NCBI GenBank assembly: GCA_041652815.1
Contig: JBAZGN010000001.1
Span: forward strand, 33,363-97,362
Length of the DNA: 64,000 nucleotides
DNA from: Candidatus Omnitrophota bacterium
GTDB lineage: Bacteria > Omnitrophota > Gorgyraeia > Duberdicusellales > 4484-171
Direction: 5' to 3'
The notes below the pieces were generated by a model. That model saw nothing but the letters and a program-made list of their open reading frames with translations. It did not search any database and had not been told where the DNA came from. How positions within the stretch are numbered: position 1 is the first letter of the stretch; every line of letters begins with the position of its first letter. The position numbers and the translations under genes were made by a program. Shown here one piece after another: positions 44,192 through 53,643 of this stretch.

Positions 44192-45394
44192 CTAAATGTC
44201 AATAAAATTTAGCGTTTTTAGCTTTTTTCTGGCAATTAAAAGGACAGGTATTGAGGCAAGTTGCACGACAACAGAAAAAGCAACTAAGAAGAAAACGTGC
44301 CTATCATATAAAATTCCCATAAGAGCGCTTCCTAAAAACCAAAATAATCCGTAACCTGTATTAAATATTCCGTAGGCTGAACCGCGCTTATTACTGGCCA
44401 CCATAGTTGCAACTGCTGCGCGCATAATAGATTCTTGGGCACCCATACCTATACCCCATACAGCCATACCTAAAAGTGCCAAGCCAAATCCTCCTAAAAA
44501 AACAAGCGGTGCAAAAAAAGCAGAAATCAATACTACAAAAATAAGAACACTCATTCCGATACGGTCAAAAAACTTTCCGCAGACTAAAGCGGAAATTGCA
44601 TCAACCGCCATGGCAATTGCGTAAAAAACAGGTATCCAGTTATCAGACACAATGATATTTTTTTTCAAATGAAATGCAATCAAAGGATAATCCGCGTAAC
44701 CCGCGGCAATTAAACCAATGGCTAAAAGATAAATCCAAAACACTCTCGGTAAACCTTTGCCTTCTAATTTTTTTCCTATCGGGTCAAAATCGCGTGGACT
44801 CGGATAAGTAATACGCGCTATAACAAGAACAGTTATGGCAAGCAGCGCGGGTATAGCTAAAGTTATAAAACCGGTTTTGTAGCCGCCTTTAAAATAAAGC
44901 ACTGCGGCAATTATCAACGGGCCGGTAAGCGCGCCAACCTGATCCATGGCTTCATGTATACCAAAACCCCAGCCCTGCCCCACCTGTTTAGTTGCATGAG
45001 AAAGTATGGCATCGCGTGCAGGAGAACGTATTGCCTTACCCATTCTTTCCATAATTATCAAGGCTGCGGCAACTTCCCAGCGGCCGGCAAGGGCAAGTAA
45101 AGGAACTGCTAAGAGGTTTACAGCATAGCCGGTAATCGTTAACGCCCAGTATTTTCCGGTTTTATCGCTAAAATATCCTGAGACAAGCCTTAATGCATAG
45201 CCGATAAATTCTCCAAGGCCGGAGAAAACTCCGACAACTGTTGCGCTTGCGCCAAGAATTGCAAAATAAGGCCCGATTACGCTGCGCGCGCCTTCATAGG
45301 TCACGTCAGCAAAAAGGCTGACGAAACCGAGCATTACAATAAATTTTAAAGCGGATTTTCTTGATACGTCGGTTGATCTGCTTTCCGTTGGCAT
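44192..45394 (-). CDS. MFS transporter
   Basis: 12 predicted TM helices, MFS-type loop motifs. Confidence 0.6.
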   Translation of the reverse strand: MPTESRSTDVSRKSALKFIVMLGFVSLFADVTYEGARSVIGPYFAILGASATVVGVFSGLGEFIGYALRLVSGYFSDKTGKYWALTITGYAVNLLAVPLLALAGRWEVAAALIIMERMGKAIRSPARDAILSHATKQVGQGWGFGIHEAMDQVGALTGPLIIAAVLYFKGGYKTGFITLAIPALLAITVLVIARITYPSPRDFDPIGKKLEGKGLPRVFWIYLLAIGLIAAGYADYPLIAFHLKKNIIVSDNWIPVFYAIAMAVDAISALVCGKFFDRIGMSVLIFVVLISAFFAPLVFLGGFGLALLGMAVWGIGMGAQESIMRAAVATMVASNKRGSAYGIFNTGYGLFWFLGSALMGILYDRHVFFLVAFSVVVQLASIPVLLIARKKLKTLNFIDI

Positions 45395-45405
45395 ATTAAG
45401 GTAAT

Positions 45406-46161
45406 TTATTTTTCCAGTAATACTAAAGCGGCCATCATCGCCACTCCCAAAAGTAGAGAAATGAACTGTAAAGCTGCGGAAGAAATTTTTACATCACAAC
45501 CTTGATGAAGTTCAGGAATAAGATCTGAACCGGCGATATAAATAAACCCTCCAGCGGTTATCGGGACAAGTGCGGTGGTAAAGCCTTTCGCATGAGGGCC
45601 TATGCTAAGCGCAACTATCGCGCCTAAAATTGATGTTGCTGCGGAAAGAAAATTAAAGATTAATGCCTTTTTTATGGATAAGCCTCCATGGACAAGCACG
45701 CCGAAATCCCCTATCTCCTGAGGAATCTCATGCAATATAACTGCCAATGTCGTGGTCACACCCAGAGGAATACTTACACAATAAGTTGCTCCGATAATTA
45801 AACCGTCAATAAAATTATGTACACCGTCGCCAAGAAGATTCAAGGCAACTACCGGATGCAATTGATGCTCAGAAGCTGGAACATGGCAGTGGTGCCAGCG
45901 GATAAATTTTTCCAGAATGAAAAAAATTACAATGCCTAAAATTATATAAAGTGACGTTGTAAGATTTGCGCCTAATTCTTTAAAAGCTTCGGGAAGAAGA
46001 TGAATAAAAGCGTCGCCGAAAAGCCCGCCTACGGCAAAACTGACGAGAAATAGCAGAATTTTCTGCAGGAAATTTTTCTTTAAAGAAAGCGTAAAGACGC
46101 CGATTAAAGAAATAAGGCTTACGATAATTACGCTGACTAAACTATATACCCATGCTTGCAT
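45406..46161 (-). CDS. ZIP-family divalent metal transporter (ZupT-like)
   Basis: HNFIDGLIIGA and LHEIPQEIGDFGVL signature helices. Confidence 0.75.
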   Translation of the reverse strand: MQAWVYSLVSVIIVSLISLIGVFTLSLKKNFLQKILLFLVSFAVGGLFGDAFIHLLPEAFKELGANLTTSLYIILGIVIFFILEKFIRWHHCHVPASEHQLHPVVALNLLGDGVHNFIDGLIIGATYCVSIPLGVTTTLAVILHEIPQEIGDFGVLVHGGLSIKKALIFNFLSAATSILGAIVALSIGPHAKGFTTALVPITAGGFIYIAGSDLIPELHQGCDVKISSAALQFISLLLGVAMMAALVLLEK

Positions 46162-46388
46162 AGCGTATGTAAATTACCGCCGGATAGAGTCGGCGAATTT
46201 GCTATAATCCTGTACCCAAGATTGCTTCGCAATCACGATAAAGGAACAATTCGGCTATCCACCAGGCCTTCGGCCTGCTGGACTACGCAACTTTTCTGCA
46301 CTCCCTTCGGTAGCTTAAAAAGATTGCTGCTCCATTGAATTATATCTTAAATTTTATTATTACAAAAGCAGAAAGATTTAAAATTTTC

Positions 46389-47669
46389 TTATGCCATATG
46401 CACTTTTAAAAGTGCTTCTTTTAATTGCCTGGATTTAGCAGCAAACAATAATGCTCCTACAATAGAAAAAAATCCTCCAGAAATTAAAGTAAAGGGTGCT
46501 CCTATAATATTCGCCAAATAGCCGCTAAGAAGCCCTCCAAAAGGGGCAACCCCCATAAAACACATTGTATAAAAGCTCATCACGCGTCCGCGTTTACTAT
46601 CCTCTACTATAGTTTGCACAACGGTATTACTGGATGCGAGCTGTATCATCATACTAAAGCCGGCGACAAGTAATACCAATAATGAAAACCAAAAAGTATG
46701 TGAAAAAGAAAAAACGATTAAACTGGCTCCAAATATAGCAGATGCAGCGGGAATTTTATTAGCAAGATGCGAAACGCTTTTATGGGAAGCAAGATAAAGC
46801 GTGCCGGCTATTGCACCTATTCCTATAGCAGCCATTAAAAGCCCGTAAATTTGCGGGCCTCCTCCAAAAACATCAACCGCAAAAACCGGCATAAGCACAG
46901 CATAAGACATACCGGTCAAACTGGCCAGGGCTGTAAGAAAAAGAATTGCCTTTATGGGTAAAAATCCGAAAGTATAAGAAAACCCTTCTTTAAAATCTTT
47001 CAAAACATCTCCTCTTTGCGCGGTGCCTTTATGTTTCTTAACCTGCATTCTCGTTAGCGCCCAGATAACGGCGATATAACTTAAGCCGTTTATCAAAAAA
47101 CAAATACTTTCTCCGGTTATAGCGATAAGGATACCGGCAACCGACGGGCCTACGAGCCGCGCTGCGTTAAATATAAAAGAGTTAAGCGCGATGGCATTAC
47201 CTAAATCTTTTTTATTTTCAACCATTTCAACGATAAATGACTGGCGCGTAGGGATATCAAAAGCATTTACTATGCCGAGAAACATACTAAGCGCAATAAT
47301 AAGCCCCACGCTCACTAAAGAATTAGAGGCAAGAAAAAAAAGAACAAAAGCCTGCAGCATTGAAAGGCTTTGCGTAATTATCAGCATGCGGTGCCTATTG
47401 TAGCGGTCAACAAAAACACCGATAAAAGGGCTTAAGAAAAAAGCAAATATCTGGCTTGAGAAAGCAATCATACCTAAAATGAGTGGCGAATTAGTAATGC
47501 GATAAACAAGCCAGCTCATTGCTATTGTCTGCATCCAGGTGCCGATAAGAGAAATGATCTGGCCGCTAAAAAAAAGCCTGAAATTTTTGTAACGCAAAGA
47601 GCGGAAAATAATACCAAGCTCAGTTATGTTAAATCTGGAATTTTTATTTTTTTCCATAGCTCCTTGCAT
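46389..47669 (-). CDS. MFS transporter
   Basis: 12 TM helices; MFS_1-like. Confidence 0.6.
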   Translation of the reverse strand: MQGAMEKNKNSRFNITELGIIFRSLRYKNFRLFFSGQIISLIGTWMQTIAMSWLVYRITNSPLILGMIAFSSQIFAFFLSPFIGVFVDRYNRHRMLIITQSLSMLQAFVLFFLASNSLVSVGLIIALSMFLGIVNAFDIPTRQSFIVEMVENKKDLGNAIALNSFIFNAARLVGPSVAGILIAITGESICFLINGLSYIAVIWALTRMQVKKHKGTAQRGDVLKDFKEGFSYTFGFLPIKAILFLTALASLTGMSYAVLMPVFAVDVFGGGPQIYGLLMAAIGIGAIAGTLYLASHKSVSHLANKIPAASAIFGASLIVFSFSHTFWFSLLVLLVAGFSMMIQLASSNTVVQTIVEDSKRGRVMSFYTMCFMGVAPFGGLLSGYLANIIGAPFTLISGGFFSIVGALLFAAKSRQLKEALLKVHMA

Positions 47670-47709
47670 GATTTTGGTGTAGAAAGATTTGAACTAAAAC
47701 AACTTTAGG

Positions 47710-48600
47710 CTATAACTCTATACCGGCAAGAACCTTTAGGGCTTCTTTATATTTAGCCTCTGTTTTTTTAATAACTTCCTGGGGCAATTGCGGGGCAGGG
47801 GGGGTTTTATCCCAATTTATAGACTCGAGATAATCGCGTACGAATTGCTTATCGTAACTCGCCTGCGAATGACCAGGCTTAAACTCTGCCTTGGGCCAGA
47901 AACGGGAAGAATCCGGAGTAAGCACTTCATCTATCAAGATAATCTTATCGTTATCAAACCCGAATTCAAATTTTGTATCAGCAATAATTATGCCTTTCGT
48001 TTCTGCATAATTGGCGCATTTTTTATAAATTGCAAGGCTCGCTTCTTTTAAAAAAGAGCTTGTTTTTTTACCAAGCCTCTCCTCCATATAAGCGCCGCTA
48101 ACATTCATATCGTGGCCTACTTCTTCTTTTGTAGCTGGAGTAAATATGGGCTCGGGTAGCTTGTCGCTTTCTTTTAAACCGGGCGGCAATTTAATTGCAC
48201 AGATACTTTGGGTTTTGTTATATTCTTTTTGTCCCGAACCTGCCAGATAGCCCCTTACAACGCACTCAAAAGAAATGGGATTTGTTTTTTTAACAAGCAT
48301 TGAACGATTGACGAGGGCATCTCTATATTTTTTTAGATTTTCTGGATATTCATCAACATCCGCCGTTATAAAATGATTTGGAATTATATCTTTTGTAAAG
48401 TTAAACCAAAAAACCGATATTTTATTTAAAACCGCGCCCTTGTTTGGAATGGCATTAGGAAGGATAACGTCAAATGCGGAAATTCTGTCGGTTGAGACAA
48501 TAAGCAGATACTTATCAACTTCGTAAACATCGCGCACTTTTCCGCGCCGGAAAAGTTTTAAATCAGGAAAATCCGTATGCAATACTTCTTTTGCGCACAT
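47710..48600 (-). CDS. purC: Phosphoribosylaminoimidazole-succinocarboxamide synthase (SAICAR synthetase)
   Basis: LFRRGKVRDVYEV...STDRISAFDVILP signature. Confidence 0.85.
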   Translation of the reverse strand: MCAKEVLHTDFPDLKLFRRGKVRDVYEVDKYLLIVSTDRISAFDVILPNAIPNKGAVLNKISVFWFNFTKDIIPNHFITADVDEYPENLKKYRDALVNRSMLVKKTNPISFECVVRGYLAGSGQKEYNKTQSICAIKLPPGLKESDKLPEPIFTPATKEEVGHDMNVSGAYMEERLGKKTSSFLKEASLAIYKKCANYAETKGIIIADTKFEFGFDNDKIILIDEVLTPDSSRFWPKAEFKPGHSQASYDKQFVRDYLESINWDKTPPAPQLPQEVIKKTEAKYKEALKVLAGIEL

Positions 48601-48601
48601 C

Positions 48602-50386
48602 TTAACTTTTTAATTTTTTCTCTAAGATATCAAATTCTTCGTGCAACTCTCGAGGCATATGCGCCCCGAATTTCTCAAAAAACTCTTCAGCTTCTTTTAG
48701 CTCAGTGCCCCATTTTCCTTCATCTATCGAAAAAACTTTTTTCATATCACTATCACCAATGGATAACCCCGTCCTGTCAAAACTCTGTAAATCAGGCACC
48801 AAACCGATATGGGTTTCCTGTGCTTTGGCTTTATTTTTTGTGCGCTCGATAATCCACTTAAGCACCCTTATGTTTTCGCCAAATCCCGGCCAGAGGAATT
48901 TTCCGTTTTCATCTTTCCTAAACCAGTTTACGAAAAATATTTTAGGCGCATTTTTAATAACCTTGCCCATTTTAAGCCAATGGGCAAAATAATCACCCAT
49001 ATTGTAGCCACAAAACGGAAGCATTGCCATCGGGTCGCGCCGCAGTACCCCGACTTTATGCTGTGCAGCCGCGGTTGTTTCAGAGCCCATCATCGCTCCA
49101 CAGAATACACCGTGATCCCAATCAAAGCTTTCATATACTAAAGGTATAAGGTTAGAGCGCCTGCCGCCTAAAATTATCGCGGAAATCGGCACTCCTTTGG
49201 GATTATTAAATTCTTTTGATAAAGTAGCGCATTGATTTATAGATACCGTAAAACGTGAATTTGGATGCGCACACTTTTCGCTGGAAGCTTTATCAAATTT
49301 ATTACCCTGCCAATCTAATAAATTAGGTGGATAATCTTCTGTCAGCGCCTCCCACCATGGTTCGTTTGTGTCTGTATTTAAAGCTGTGTTTGTAAAAAGA
49401 GTAGGATAAAATGTGCCTGCCTTAAGCGTATCTATCATGCAAGGATTTGTGTTATAAGATGTGCCTGGGGCAACGCCGAAGAACCCTGCTTCCGGATTAG
49501 ATGCCCAAAGACGTCCATCATCTCCCACTATAAGCCAGGCTATATCATCGCCAAGGGTCCAGATTTTATATCCGGGAAGAACCGAGCGAAGCATGGCAAG
49601 ATTTGTTTTTCCGCAGGCGCTAGGAAGAGCTGCCACAAGATAATCAATGTTACCATTAGGATCTTCAACGCCGATTATAATCATATGTTCAGCAAGCCAG
49701 CCTTCACGAAACCCGAGATAAGAAGCAAGCCTTAGCGATATGCACTTTTTGCCAAGCAAAGCATTTCCTCCGTAGCCTGAACCGATACTCCAAACTAAAC
49801 TTTCTTCCGGAAAATGCATTATATACCTGCGACTAGGGTCAAGGTCTCCTATAGAATGCAGTCCTTTTATGAAGTCATTTCTTGTGCCGATACGTTTAAG
49901 AACATCAGCACCCATACGTGTCATAATACGCATGCTTGTTGCTACATAACTTACATCTGTCACCTGCACGCAAAATTTTGCAAAAGGCGAATCAGGGTTA
50001 CCCATTACAAAAGGCAATACATACATGGTTCTGCCCTTCATACAGCCCCGGCTTAAATTTGTCATTACTTCTTTTGCTTGTTGTGGCGCCATCCAATTAT
50101 TATTGGGGCCTGTCATCTCTTTAGAAGAATGGCAAACAAAGGTAAGATTTTCCGTACGCGCGACATCAGAAGGATGGCTTGTGTGCAGGTAAGAATTTGG
50201 CCAGTTTTTTTGATTTAACTCATGAAAAACGGGTTTTCCATTTATTTTTTCTTCCTTTATGCCCCGCTCAATAAGCCAGCGCGCTTCTTTATCAGAACCA
50301 TCGCACCAATGGATATCGCGAGGCGCAGTTACTTTGGCTACTTCTTCAATCCATTTTTCTACAGCATTTGCCATATGTTTATGCAC
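48602..50386 (-). CDS. pckG: Phosphoenolpyruvate carboxykinase (GTP)
   Basis: GTP-PEPCK signature regions, kinase-1a P-loop-like SACGKTN; 594 aa; start is GTG at 50386 or ATG at 50374. Confidence 0.85.
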   Translation of the reverse strand: MHKHMANAVEKWIEEVAKVTAPRDIHWCDGSDKEARWLIERGIKEEKINGKPVFHELNQKNWPNSYLHTSHPSDVARTENLTFVCHSSKEMTGPNNNWMAPQQAKEVMTNLSRGCMKGRTMYVLPFVMGNPDSPFAKFCVQVTDVSYVATSMRIMTRMGADVLKRIGTRNDFIKGLHSIGDLDPSRRYIMHFPEESLVWSIGSGYGGNALLGKKCISLRLASYLGFREGWLAEHMIIIGVEDPNGNIDYLVAALPSACGKTNLAMLRSVLPGYKIWTLGDDIAWLIVGDDGRLWASNPEAGFFGVAPGTSYNTNPCMIDTLKAGTFYPTLFTNTALNTDTNEPWWEALTEDYPPNLLDWQGNKFDKASSEKCAHPNSRFTVSINQCATLSKEFNNPKGVPISAIILGGRRSNLIPLVYESFDWDHGVFCGAMMGSETTAAAQHKVGVLRRDPMAMLPFCGYNMGDYFAHWLKMGKVIKNAPKIFFVNWFRKDENGKFLWPGFGENIRVLKWIIERTKNKAKAQETHIGLVPDLQSFDRTGLSIGDSDMKKVFSIDEGKWGTELKEAEEFFEKFGAHMPRELHEEFDILEKKLKS

Positions 50387-50728
50387 GAATAACCACGTCC
50401 CGCTCCTTAATATTTTTATTTAGCGGCCTGCCTGTCGGCAAGGCAGGGATCCCGCCAAAGGCGGGAAATCATAAACGAATTATCACGAATAAATAATAAA
50501 TTCGTGTATATTCGTATGAAATCTATGATTATTAGTGTCTATTATAAGATATAATGTATTACAGAAAAATCAAGCGGAAATTTAAAAAAATTGGCTTTAT
50601 CCCGTTAGAAAAACCATCCCCATTAGCAAATTTATCTCTAATATGACCCACGCAGCATATGAGATTCTGTGTTCGTAAAATTTGGAATATACTCTTGCTG
50701 CAAATCGTAGGATGTTTTCTAACGGGAT

Positions 50729-51202
50729 TTACTGGGGTATTTTTTTGAGATGTGTAGGAGCAAGGTCAACTATATCTTCCACATCTATTTCTATTAGATA
50801 CTCTGGATGCGGGAATTTTGCTTCAGGATGATGGCCTGATTTTTTATAATCTTTAATGCTTTTTATCACTCTTTTTGAAATCCTCTGTATCACTCGCTCT
50901 TCCCATGCTTTTATGATATGGCTTTTTATTCTATCCCTATCAACAATTTTGGCTGTTCCTTTAAGAGTATAGCCCATAAACAGATGCTCATCGATTGAAG
51001 TTATGCTTATTGTAGGATTTCTCTGTAAATTTTTGAAAGTTTCTGCCTTGTATAAATCTATGAGAAAAACTTTTCCTTTTTTTTCTATACCAACAATGCC
51101 TTTTGCGGAACAATGTATTCTGCCGTTAGCATCCAGCGTAGAAACAATGCTAAAACCTTGTCTTTCCAGAAAATTTACTATGTCATCTGATAGTGTTTTC
51201 AT
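50729..51202 (-). CDS. Pyridoxamine 5'-phosphate oxidase-like FMN-binding split-barrel protein
   Basis: Size and pattern of PNPOx-like split-barrel proteins. Confidence 0.45.
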   Translation of the reverse strand: MKTLSDDIVNFLERQGFSIVSTLDANGRIHCSAKGIVGIEKKGKVFLIDLYKAETFKNLQRNPTISITSIDEHLFMGYTLKGTAKIVDRDRIKSHIIKAWEERVIQRISKRVIKSIKDYKKSGHHPEAKFPHPEYLIEIDVEDIVDLAPTHLKKIPQ

Positions 51203-51257
51203 AATTATTACGGAAGCCAGAGGTCAGATTTTTCTGTCATCTGCCATCTGCTATCTG

Positions 51258-52172
51258 TTATCTGAATCTATGCGTTAATAAATACCTAAATGCCGAGAGA
51301 GCTGCCTTTGAACCTTCTCCGCAGGCAATTATAATTTGTTTTTCCGGAACGGTTGTTACGTCTCCCGCGGCAAATATCCCCTCAATATTTGTCGAGTTAT
51401 GGCAATTGACTATCACCTCTCCATATTCATTGTGCTTAGTAATTTTATCGAACTCTGAGTTAGGAGTTAAACCAGCTTCAATGAATATTCCTTCAACGTC
51501 AAGGCTATAACTCTTTCCTTCTTTTTCTATCGCTATACTTTTAACAAATTTATCTCCGGTAATTTCTTTTACTTTTGAGCTATTAAATATTTCTACGTTA
51601 TCGCTTTTTTCTACGCTCTCAATCATTATGGGATCTCCCGTAAGGGATGAGGCAATATTTATAATATAAACTTTTGGAGAAATTTTCATAAGCTGTAAAG
51701 TAGCATCCAAAGCGGAATTACCTCCTCCTATGACAGCTACTTTTTTCCCTTTAAATAAAGGCCCGTCACAGGTTGCGCAATAGGTTACACCTTTATTTTT
51801 AAATTCTTTTTCACCTGGCACATTAAGCATCCTGGGGTGTTTTCCGGTTGCAATAATTATTGTTTTAGAAATATATTCATTTTTGTCAGTTGTTACTTTT
51901 ATTAAATCTTTTTCTTTCTGTATATCCTGCGCTGCCTCCGGCATATTTAGGGGCGCAGAAAAAGCTTTCATGTGCTCCTCGAATTTTAAAGTTAGTTCCG
52001 GCCCGGTAATAAATTGATACCCGGTATAATTTTCTATATCTCCGCTCCAGGCAGTTTGCCCTCCAACGTCTAAGCTAAGAACTAAAAAATCCATCTTTTT
52101 TCTGGCAGCATAAACCGAGGCAGTAATTCCGGCAGGCCCCGCACCTAAAATTATAAGGTCGTATATCTTCAT
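51258..52172 (-). CDS. trxB: Thioredoxin-disulfide reductase
   Basis: FAD motif GAGPAG, redox-active CATC, NAD(P) motif GGGNSA. Confidence 0.8.
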   Translation of the reverse strand: MKIYDLIILGAGPAGITASVYAARKKMDFLVLSLDVGGQTAWSGDIENYTGYQFITGPELTLKFEEHMKAFSAPLNMPEAAQDIQKEKDLIKVTTDKNEYISKTIIIATGKHPRMLNVPGEKEFKNKGVTYCATCDGPLFKGKKVAVIGGGNSALDATLQLMKISPKVYIINIASSLTGDPIMIESVEKSDNVEIFNSSKVKEITGDKFVKSIAIEKEGKSYSLDVEGIFIEAGLTPNSEFDKITKHNEYGEVIVNCHNSTNIEGIFAAGDVTTVPEKQIIIACGEGSKAALSAFRYLLTHRFR

Positions 52173-52245
52173 AAATATTTAGTATTACGTTGCACGTAAC
52201 AAGCAACACGTTTTAAAAACCGTGCTACGTGGGACATGTTACGTT

Positions 52246-52458
52246 TCAATGGCAACCTGAACAATCTCCCCCCGAACAAGAACCGCATTTAGAAGAACCT
52301 TTTCCGGAACTACCGGAAACTCTAAAAGGGGCAAATTGTTTTTCTAAATCCTTGCTGCCGCACTTTGGGCATTTAAGTTCGGTTTTATCCTGGCTCATTC
52401 CAACAAGTATATCAAATTTCTCCAGGCACTTTTTGCACTGGTAGGTAAAAATAGGCAT
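52246..52458 (-). CDS. FmdB-family zinc-ribbon protein
   Basis: YQCKKC...CPKCG zinc ribbon plus Gly/Ser/Cys-rich tail; start taken at MPIFTYQC. Confidence 0.5.
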   Translation of the reverse strand: MPIFTYQCKKCLEKFDILVGMSQDKTELKCPKCGSKDLEKQFAPFRVSGSSGKGSSKCGSCSGGDCSGCH

Positions 52459-52465
52459 CTTTTTT

Positions 52466-52600
52466 AAAATAACCAATGACCAAGATACAAATTCCAAACA
52501 ATATTCAAATTATAATAACCAAACATATTTTTCCTGTTTGAATATTGAAATTTGGTTATTGGTCATTGTTTGGTTATTGGAAATTGGAACTTGGTTATTT
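52466..52600. repeat. Family A palindrome (aataaccaa/ttggttatt units), copy 3
   Basis: aaaataaccaatgaccaagatacaaattccaaacaatattc ... gaatattgaaatttggttattggtcattgtttggttattggaaattggaacttggttatttt. Confidence 0.7.
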
Positions 52601-52825
52601 TACTAAAAGTTCTTCTATCCTTGCTTTATCAAAACCTACGATGATTTGTCCGTTTATAACTATCGTGGGGACGCCCATTTGCCCTGAAAGCTTTACCATT
52701 TCTTCCATAGCCTGGTGGTTGGCTGAAATGTCAAAATCCTCGTAGCTTAAGCCTTTGGAAGAAAAATATTGCTTCGCGAGCTTGCAGTAAGGGCATGTTG
52801 GAGTTGAATAAATTTTTATATCCAT
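52595..52825 (-). CDS. Glutaredoxin-family small redox protein
   Basis: CPYC active site (YSTPTCPYCKLAK), thioredoxin fold; 76 aa. Confidence 0.65.
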   Translation of the reverse strand: MDIKIYSTPTCPYCKLAKQYFSSKGLSYEDFDISANHQAMEEMVKLSGQMGVPTIVINGQIIVGFDKARIEELLVK

Positions 52826-52854
52826 TTTTAGCCTCCTGTTTGCATAGATTTTGT

Positions 52855-52990
52855 CTATCGTAAATCGTCAATCGGTTACGCGGCTCGTTTCGTCATACGT
52901 TAATCGGTTGCGTCTTACTGACGTTAAACGCCTAACGCAACCGTGACAAGCTCGTCCGCCTCCGGCGGGCAGGCAACCGCAACCGCTTAA
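52855..52990. repeat. Family D element, near-duplicate of 38484-38592
   Basis: cgtcaatcggttacgcggctcgtttcgtcatacg...aacgcaaccgtgacaagct...aaccgcaaccg. Confidence 0.65.
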
Positions 52991-53017
52991 CGCAACCTCT
53001 ATCCGTGATCATCTGTG

Positions 53018-53500
53018 TTATTTCCCAAGTTTATCCTTCAGGATAGTAAGTTTAACAAGATGATTTTTTTCCTCATCTATAACTTTATCCAGAACCGCAT
53101 GCTTTTCGGCAAGAATATACCCGCGCAAGGCTGAATAAGTAAGGATTGATTCCTTTTCAATATAAATTCCGAAATCTATGGCCTCTAAATCGGATTTAAA
53201 TCCTTCTTTAGTTTTTTTCTCTATGAGTTCCTGGGTAAAAATATAACCTGCGGCAATCGCTTTTATATAAGCATCATACTCTCCCGGGCTAAATTCATAA
53301 ACTATATAATCTCCCACATTATCGAGCATAGCTTGAAAAGTTTTTCTGTGCAGTTCTTCTTGATCCTTTAAATAGGCCCACACTTCGCGCATAATTTCAT
53401 TGCCTGTTTTTTTCTCAAGTATCGCATAAAGTTTTTTACCGTTTTCTTCAACTCTTATCGCGATTCTCAATATTTCCTGCGGGCTGAATATATTTGCCAT
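53018..53500 (-). CDS. Ferritin-like / rubrerythrin-family diiron protein
   Basis: Two ExxH motifs (EELH, EEKNH) in a four-helix-bundle-sized protein. Confidence 0.45.
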   Translation of the reverse strand: MANIFSPQEILRIAIRVEENGKKLYAILEKKTGNEIMREVWAYLKDQEELHRKTFQAMLDNVGDYIVYEFSPGEYDAYIKAIAAGYIFTQELIEKKTKEGFKSDLEAIDFGIYIEKESILTYSALRGYILAEKHAVLDKVIDEEKNHLVKLTILKDKLGK

Positions 53501-53643
53501 AGATACTCCTCCTTAATTTTTCCGACGAATGTCGGGAAAATTAACCCCGAAGCGCTTCGTGTAAATTTTCTCGGCCTCCGGCCAGGAAAATTTACACGAT
53601 ATACAGGCGCAAGGGGTATAATTTCAAACTTTCATAGAGCACA

